Source of the DNA: a virus | Lineage: Duplodnaviria; Caudoviricetes | Strand: one strand, 5' to 3' | Virus record (IMG/VR): IMGVR_UViG_3300037692_000098 | Span: 1 to 36,871 of that record | DNA length: 36,871 nucleotides | Part shown: positions 32,001 through 36,871 of the stretch, one piece after another | How positions within the stretch are numbered: the stretch's first letter is position 1 | Layout: every line of letters starts with the position of its first letter | Program-made: the position numbers and the translations under genes | Notes under the pieces: generated by a model | Database searches by the model: none | What the model was told of the DNA's origin: nothing | What the model saw: only the letters and a program-made list of their open reading frames with translations

Positions 32001-33999
32001 GCCTGAGTTGATCGTCCGCGTAGCCGAGACCCGCCGCCATAATTCGAACAGCACCGGGGAACCTGTCCCCGAGTTGCTGCCGAAGCTCTTCCATTTGGAC
32101 GGTTCCCTTACCGACAATCTGGCTGAGCGCAACGAAGGTGCCTTTGACATCCTCCATTGATAGATTGTTGACGCGCGCCGCCTCGGCAACGGAGATAAAG
32201 ATTTTCCGGGTCTTCTCGCCTTCGAGGTTCGTCCCCTGCGTCGCGACAGCGAACTTCGAATACTCGTTCGCCATGACGCCGAACTGGATACCCAATCGCT
32301 CGGCGTTACGCCGCAAGAAATCGAGGTCGTCAGCCGTCTTCCGAGCGTCGCCCGTGTTGATGACGTTCAACCGGTTCTGAGCCGATTGGAGCGTCTGGTA
32401 GGCATCTACGGTCTGCTTCAGGATGTTGATGACCGCATAGAATCCGGCATAGGTCGTGATGAGCGCCAGAACTTCGCTGCGGAGACGCTGGGTCCACGAG
32501 AGGGCCTGCCGAGACTCGCCGTAGAGCTTGCGGTACGCCGCCGCCAGCGTGTTGGTCTGCGCTGTGGCGGTCCCGGCGGCCGATCCGGCACTTCGGATGG
32601 ATGTTCCGGTCGTACGGACTTGCACGCCGGCCCGATTGACGTTCGACGAGAACAGATTGTAGCTCTGGGCGGCCTGCGCGGCCCGCTCACGCACTTGAGC
32701 GAGCGCCGTGCCTGTCTGCCCCTGAATGGCGACAAACGCCGCCTGCTTGGCCTTCAGGCCCTCCACACTCGTCGCGGTCTGCTTGAGGACCCCGGAGAGT
32801 TGATGCAGCGCGTCCCGTTGGGTGATGTATTCCTGTTTCGCCTGCGCCGCGCCGGCCCGAGCCTTGATGAAGCTCTCGGCCATCTCGCGGGTCGGAACGC
32901 CAACCCGGCTGATCTGCGCGGCCAGCTTGCCGGCCTCAGTCTGAAGTTCGACCCATGTGCGCTTGGTTTCAAGCAGTGTCCGGCGCTGCTTGTCGAACGA
33001 CGATTGAAGCGCGGCTCCCGATTTCGAGGCCAGTTCGAGCATGGCCGCGTCGGCCTTGTTGGCCGCCACGGCGAACTGTTGCAATTCAGTCTCGGCCCGG
33101 ACGATCTTCTCGCCCTGTCGAGCGAGCGCCCCGTCCGTCTTCTCGGCGGCCGCAGCCAAAGAGTTCTCGTTACGTTCCGCGCCCTTCGAGGCGGTCTTCA
33201 ACTGCTCGTAGTTCGTCGTGATCTTCGCAAGGACCGCGCTCTGCTTGGTGAACGAGGCCGCTCCGGCATCCGACCGCTGTTGCAGCGCGGCGATGGCCTC
33301 ACCCGTCTGCACCATGCCCTGCCGGGTAGCCGCGAGACGTTCCCACAAACCGTTCAGCGTGGCCGTCTGCTTCTCGACCGCCACGCTGGCCGCCTCAACG
33401 CGCGTTCGAAAAGTCTGCGTCGGGTTGGCCGTTTTGCTCAGTTCATCGGAGAGCGTCCGGTACTTCTGCGCCGCCGCCGCAACACGTTCCTGCTGCTTGA
33501 CGATGGACGTTGACAGGCGATCCTCGGCCGACGCGAGCCGGGTCCGCTCTGCGTTCGCTTTTGTGAGCGCGGCAGTAAGCTCATTCTGCACCGCCCGCGT
33601 CTTGTTGAGGGCCGCCTGCTGTTTGGCCTGCGCGGCGGCTGCGCCGGCCGTCTTCGCCGTCAGCTTCTCGGTCTGGAACTGCGCACGATCCAGTTGTGCG
33701 GCCGTCTCAGCCGAGGTCTTTTCGAGCGCGGATAGCTCGGACTTGAGCCGACCGACAGCGGCCGAAGCCCGGTCGAACTCTTGCGTGATCTTGTCGCCGC
33801 CGGAGAGCCCCTTAAGTTCAGAGTCGAGCTTGGCGAGCGCCGTTCCGAGAGCCCCGAGGGTGCTGTTCGTCTTACCGGTGCTCGTCCCGAGCTTATCCTG
33901 CGCTCCGATGAACTCGTTGATGGCCGCCGTGATCGAGTCGACCACACTGGCGGCTTCATCTTTCGCGCGGATTACGAGATCAACGTCTTTCCGCGTCAT
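29056..33999 (-). CDS. Tape measure protein with lysozyme-like domain
   Basis: 1647 aa, Ala-rich helical; SQI..KG.V..EELR.QLGDR tape-measure motif; H.GG motifs near C-terminus. Confidence 0.93.
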   Translation of the reverse strand: MTRKDVDLVIRAKDEAASVVDSITAAINEFIGAQDKLGTSTGKTNSTLGALGTALAKLDSELKGLSGGDKITQEFDRASAAVGRLKSELSALEKTSAETAAQLDRAQFQTEKLTAKTAGAAAAQAKQQAALNKTRAVQNELTAALTKANAERTRLASAEDRLSTSIVKQQERVAAAAQKYRTLSDELSKTANPTQTFRTRVEAASVAVEKQTATLNGLWERLAATRQGMVQTGEAIAALQQRSDAGAASFTKQSAVLAKITTNYEQLKTASKGAERNENSLAAAAEKTDGALARQGEKIVRAETELQQFAVAANKADAAMLELASKSGAALQSSFDKQRRTLLETKRTWVELQTEAGKLAAQISRVGVPTREMAESFIKARAGAAQAKQEYITQRDALHQLSGVLKQTATSVEGLKAKQAAFVAIQGQTGTALAQVRERAAQAAQSYNLFSSNVNRAGVQVRTTGTSIRSAGSAAGTATAQTNTLAAAYRKLYGESRQALSWTQRLRSEVLALITTYAGFYAVINILKQTVDAYQTLQSAQNRLNVINTGDARKTADDLDFLRRNAERLGIQFGVMANEYSKFAVATQGTNLEGEKTRKIFISVAEAARVNNLSMEDVKGTFVALSQIVGKGTVQMEELRQQLGDRFPGAVRIMAAGLGYADDQLRQFYKDIENGRISSDALVNFADELDRRFKATLPEALKTTITALGQFQNAAFEALLAFGNAGFLEAFTNLLRDLTALLRDVDFQTFAGRISQGFGVLTSAIGLAVQNFKLLVVAASAFIGIKLAPLLIALAGGFVQLTTRMQRVGTIMAATRAAMIATAASSEGAAVSVGLATTAFRGLTLALRALLSSTGIGLAITAISIAIGLWVTQADEATVAMDEHRKMVDAVKNAYDAAAGEAGNWADEIARGSTTQAIANLQKLRDALNQIRSQAKAPVDVFGVDTAGTTKQIEILVGLFKAGQISAESFKEEIDALAQADPKLDRGVALQLLAVADSAAEVEKNVREAEAVLALFKDPTDEAAKAVLGLSDGSDKAAEALDAATKKAQQFQEALDALNGIVPDLDSNLSSTLDKARVKLEAAYEAAVKLASSMGEVNAATTAYNNSLSQLYQQEADKAFGGLGTGRDVAKKLIMQTEGFQATTFTDTDGRPRVGFSSDTVTLADGSIQKVVDGMRVSVQDANRDLNRRIEDIFSEISGKIGADTFNQLTPQQQGALASISYNYGSLPDRIVKAFQSGSNEVITKAIQALGRDNGGINQNRRNLEAGVFSSTGSIEKQIEADQKYTEDLQNRLSIQQQEAENAGKMTREATIQKAIFEETQKARAAGHELTKQELETIREITGKLYDSKQQVTDQKSEIQQANEALSQANAYYSQQQALIKEINDARKAGDDGRVQELGAQLEDVNAKLTEAITKAEGMWQAIGGSQADVALTKLDTLKVKMHTTAQTAFLDWSRVGQLFASGLTSAFDQFAQAVAEGQNIGEAARDAFLKFAADFLRQIAQMIIQQAILNALRSFGLGGVGGVGIAHTGAVVGRGSSERRTVDPMIFMNAARLHGGGIAGLQPGEVPYILKNNEEVLSTSDPRNILNGGAAAGGAKSDPASMGLKIVNAFDTGSFIEEALNSKVGERAFLNWVRANPAAVKQAMNP

Positions 34000-34357
34000 C
34001 TGGGGGGTCGCTCCCGTGATCTGGCGGGCCTTCTAAGACCCGCGTCTCGACATTGAGCTTGTCCACCAGTTCTCGGAATTGGGTTCCCATCTCCTTCGAC
34101 AGAACAGAGCCAATTGCGGACTGAAGTAGATTCGCGTCGGTGACGATACTGCCATTGACCCGCTCAATAACCAAGGCCGATTCGTCGCCTAGCATTCCAA
34201 GCGGGTACAGTCGCGCGTCCGGGTGCCCGTGATCGAGCAACAGGCTCACATTGCGTCGGAGTCCCCAAAGCCACCCTCGGAAACTTGGAGCCTCACCTGC
34301 TGCATCAGCCCCGCTGCGCCCGTCAGCATCCGAATGATGGACTCCGCGAAGTTTTTT
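33980..34357 (-). CDS. Tail assembly chaperone, frameshifted extension (T-like)
   Basis: -1 frame is open from the slippery site at 34351-34357 to the stop at 33980. Confidence 0.75.
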   Translation of the reverse strand, partial: KKLRGVHHSDADGRSGADAAGEAPSFRGWLWGLRRNVSLLLDHGHPDARLYPLGMLGDESALVIERVNGSIVTDANLLQSAIGSVLSKEMGTQFRELVDKLNVETRVLEGPPDHGSDPPDDAERR

Positions 34358-34719
34358 AGTTCTGCTTCGCTGGTGAAGGTAAGGTTAAACATGGCTTCCA
34401 GCGCGCGCGTTTGCTGCTGGAAATTGAGCCGCGAGGCGATCTCGGCCGCTTCGGCGGACGTATCATCCGAAGCCAGTGCAATGGCTTTGCCGACCAAGGC
34501 CGGGAACTGCGGAACGAGGTCTCGAATGATCGTCTTGACATCTTCTTCCGTGAGCGGCGTTTCCCGCGCGGCCGTGATCCGCCCGAAAGCGAGGGCCATC
34601 TCCGGACCGTAGGCGTTGGCCAACGTGATCAGATCGGCGAACGATAGCCCGCGAACGGTGAAGGACCCGCCTTTGACCGTGATGGTCTCGGTGGGGATTT
34701 GAAGGTCTCGAAGTCCCAT
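34246..34719 (-). CDS. Tail assembly chaperone (G-like)
   Basis: F.VRGLS..D motif; lies between tail tube and tape measure. Confidence 0.85.
   Translation of the reverse strand: MGLRDLQIPTETITVKGGSFTVRGLSFADLITLANAYGPEMALAFGRITAARETPLTEEDVKTIIRDLVPQFPALVGKAIALASDDTSAEAAEIASRLNFQQQTRALEAMFNLTFTSEAELKNFAESIIRMLTGAAGLMQQVRLQVSEGGFGDSDAM
34351..34357 (-). other. Programmed -1 ribosomal frameshift site A AAA AAC
   Basis: In-frame X XXY YYZ heptamer (CTA AAA AAC) in the chaperone gene preceding the tape measure. Confidence 0.8.
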
Positions 34720-34748
34720 TTTGTACTCTCTCTGTCAGGATGAGAACA

Positions 34749-34768
34749 CGCCGGGCCGTAGCCCGGCG
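34749..34768 (-). terminator. UNCG hairpin after tail tube gene (weak terminator or stabiliser)
   Basis: CGCCGGGC-TACG-GCCCGGCG then TGTTCT on - strand. Confidence 0.5.
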
Positions 34769-34796
34769 CAGGCCCGCCGTAGAAGGCAGGGGAGGA

Positions 34797-35939
34797 TTAG
34801 GCGTAGGCCGGCCGGCCGTCCAGATAGATCGCTTCGCCGTTCGCGGTCTTCAGGAACGACAGGTTGAACGGAATCTGCTGCCACTGGTCGCCCTTGAGCG
34901 CGTAATCGCCGTTCGGAGAGACCTTCACGTAGGGCATGTAGTAATCGTAGTCGGTGCCCTTCGGGTTGTTGGCAATGTACCGCATCGCGCCGGTTACCGG
35001 CTCCGAACCGGAGATCACCCGCTCGCGCGTGTGGGCCGCAACCGAATAAACCACGTCAATGTCCATGCCGTCGGTGATCGCGCCGCCCTCAACGAACGAC
35101 AGGAACCCGAGGTCGTAGTTCATCGTATAGTCGGTGCCTTCGATAAACGACGTACCAGTGCCACCGGTCATGGTGGCGTTGGCCCACGAAGCGACCGTCG
35201 AAGCCTCAGTCGTCGCGATGGCGTTGCCGGCCGTTCCTTCAACCAGCGCGGTCGCGGTCAAGACACCTGCCGTGTTGGCCGCACTCACGTCCGGATGCTG
35301 CACGGTGCCGGTGCCGTAGGTCGTACCCGGCGTGCCGCTATCCATGATGGCCGCGACCAGATTGGCCGCCGTGCCGGACTCATCCACGCCGATATCAACG
35401 TCGTAGGCCACAACCGGAACGGTGCGGAGCGTGTACGTGATATCGCCGATGGTTACCGTGTCACCGTCGGCACCCGGACCCGTGAGGGTCAAAACCCCGG
35501 TCGCGGCGGCGAGCGTCGCACCGTTGAGCGCAACGTTGAAACCGATCTTCGAGACGCCCTGATACCCGGTCGGGTTCGAAGCAGTGATGCCAAGCTGGTA
35601 GCTGCTGCCGGCCGCCACCCCAGACAGGGTTTCGGTTGCCAGAGAAACGCTGGCCTGCGTGAGCGTGACGCTCGACCCGAAGAAGAACAGCGCGACGTTT
35701 CGGGGGTCGATGTTGTCGGTGATCAGCGAACCGGTACGGGTCGTGGTCAAGGCCACGCTATCGTCCAGTTCCTTGACGCTCTCGTCGGAGTCGTAGTGAT
35801 CGAGCGAATCCGACGCGATGGTCAAGTTCATTTCCGGCGTGTTGCCGATGTAGAAGAAGCCTGCGGGGGTGTAGGTCCCGGACACAAAGCGAGAAAAGTA
35901 GACCTTTCCGCGCCCAAGCGTGTAGTTTTTCGTCGCCAT
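34797..35939 (-). CDS. Major tail tube protein
   Basis: NYTLGRGKVYF, YIGNTPE, P.GDYALKGD.WQ motifs; GAGGA RBS. Confidence 0.88.
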   Translation of the reverse strand: MATKNYTLGRGKVYFSRFVSGTYTPAGFFYIGNTPEMNLTIASDSLDHYDSDESVKELDDSVALTTTRTGSLITDNIDPRNVALFFFGSSVTLTQASVSLATETLSGVAAGSSYQLGITASNPTGYQGVSKIGFNVALNGATLAAATGVLTLTGPGADGDTVTIGDITYTLRTVPVVAYDVDIGVDESGTAANLVAAIMDSGTPGTTYGTGTVQHPDVSAANTAGVLTATALVEGTAGNAIATTEASTVASWANATMTGGTGTSFIEGTDYTMNYDLGFLSFVEGGAITDGMDIDVVYSVAAHTRERVISGSEPVTGAMRYIANNPKGTDYDYYMPYVKVSPNGDYALKGDQWQQIPFNLSFLKTANGEAIYLDGRPAYA

Positions 35940-35967
35940 GATGCTTTCCTCGTTTCAGTGGCCGCGA

Positions 35968-36477
35968 TTACTCTTCGTACGGGTCGGCCAAGTTCTCCAC
36001 CATATCTAAGGTGATCGTCAACCAAAAGTATGCCTTGGCCGAAATCTCATCGGGCGGACGAACGACACCCGCGCCGATTCGCAGTCCCGTAATGAAATTC
36101 CCGAGCCCAAGGATACCGTCTTCGGGCTCGTCTGCATAGGCTTTGCGCTTCTCTATCGCCAACCGCTTCTTGGCGTCCGCCATGAAGTAATGCGCTGGGT
36201 CTGTGGGGTTCGTTGGGTCGTCCTCGACGAACCCTTGGATCATCAATTCCCAACCGCCCGACGAGAACTCGCTGTCCGTAGGAACCGCGTCTTGATCAAG
36301 CGGTATCGGGACTTCGAGAATAGAGATTAGGGGCAGAGGATCATTGTCGCCGAAGACCACACGCCCTCGATAGACATGATCGTTGATGTCCGTGGCATAC
36401 CCGTTGGCCGTGGTGATCTCTTTGAGCACGTCCGTAAGGTTCGAAAGTACCCGAAGCCGGAGCGGGATCGTCGTCAT
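35968..36477 (-). CDS. Tail terminator/completion protein
   Basis: IT.ANGY..D...VYRGR..FG..DPLP, NPTDPA, VVRPPD..S..AYF. Confidence 0.75.
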   Translation of the reverse strand: MTTIPLRLRVLSNLTDVLKEITTANGYATDINDHVYRGRVVFGDNDPLPLISILEVPIPLDQDAVPTDSEFSSGGWELMIQGFVEDDPTNPTDPAHYFMADAKKRLAIEKRKAYADEPEDGILGLGNFITGLRIGAGVVRPPDEISAKAYFWLTITLDMVENLADPYEE

Positions 36478-36871
36478 CCAAAGACCTCCAAAAGCCGCAG
36501 AAACTCGTCGCTCAAATCATCGACCAAGCTGGGGGCGAGATCGCTGGCAACGCCGGAGCCATCACGCGCTCGGAAGACCTGATCAACGGACGGACCATAT
36601 AGCAGGTAGAGCCCTTTATCCAGTCGACGAACCTCGGCCTTGTTGCGGATCGTCTCACCGGCTCGAAGACGGATCGCCAGCCCGAGATTGTACTTCGTAT
36701 CCACGTCGGCCCGGCCCTGCGGGAGCTTGATCAGGAAGGCCCGGCGCATGAAGCGGACCTTGCCCGGCGTCACTTCAATGCTTACACCGTGGCCGTGCGT
36801 GGGGTTTCCCTGCACAAATCGAGCGAGAGACGTTGATCTGGCTCGCGCCGTGATCTTGCCCTGAAGCTTGT
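36474..36871 (-). CDS. Neck/minor tail protein, 5' truncated
   Basis: RAF.IKL, N.GLAIRL, LLYGPSVDQVF; frame runs off the window edge. Confidence 0.7.
   Translation of the reverse strand, partial: KLQGKITARARSTSLARFVQGNPTHGHGVSIEVTPGKVRFMRRAFLIKLPQGRADVDTKYNLGLAIRLRAGETIRNKAEVRRLDKGLYLLYGPSVDQVFRARDGSGVASDLAPSLVDDLSDEFLRLLEVFG

Noticed and set aside
201-36864. Many long antisense or alternate-frame ORFs (e.g. 201..1103-, 3150..4334-, 23954..25318+, 34740..36014+)
   Set aside because: Typical high-GC shadow ORFs opposite well-supported genes, with no RBS or motifs
1-36871. CRISPR array, tRNA, rRNA, integrase/transposase, reverse transcriptase or DGR
   Set aside because: None recognisable; the ribozyme repeats are separated by a whole gene and no RT is present in this window

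Overview
Part of a GC-rich, long-tailed (siphovirus-type) dsDNA phage genome, most likely from an Alphaproteobacteria host. Supporting signs are a GapR/DUF2312 gene, GAAC-N7-GAAC LexA boxes and CTTGAC-N17-CTATAT promoters. Positions 1-18625 hold tightly packed + strand early/middle genes: stand-alone BRCT, DUF932, ACP-like, TopoVIA/Spo11-like, DHFR, HhH-GPD-like, HNH-AP2, MazG-like, GapR, MT-A70 methylase, SLOG and DUF4326. Positions 18622-36871 hold a converging - strand late module, running from tail terminator, tail tube, frameshifted chaperones, tape measure, distal tail and tip proteins to endolysin, spanins and holin candidates. The most striking feature is two near-identical, complete type II hammerhead ribozymes (69-125 and 965-1019). 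Each starts on the stop codon of one gene and ends just before the RBS of the next, so together they bracket one 273-aa ORF. They sit in a 1.7-kb segment with strong motif avoidance that ends in tandem LexA boxes. Other oddities are an SSB-type DDIPF tail on a homing endonuclease, a shared acidic-[LM][IV] C-terminus in six neighbouring proteins, several isolated host-like domains, and a tail-tip protein with a prepilin-like leader. Family assignments come from motif recognition by eye; no database search was run.
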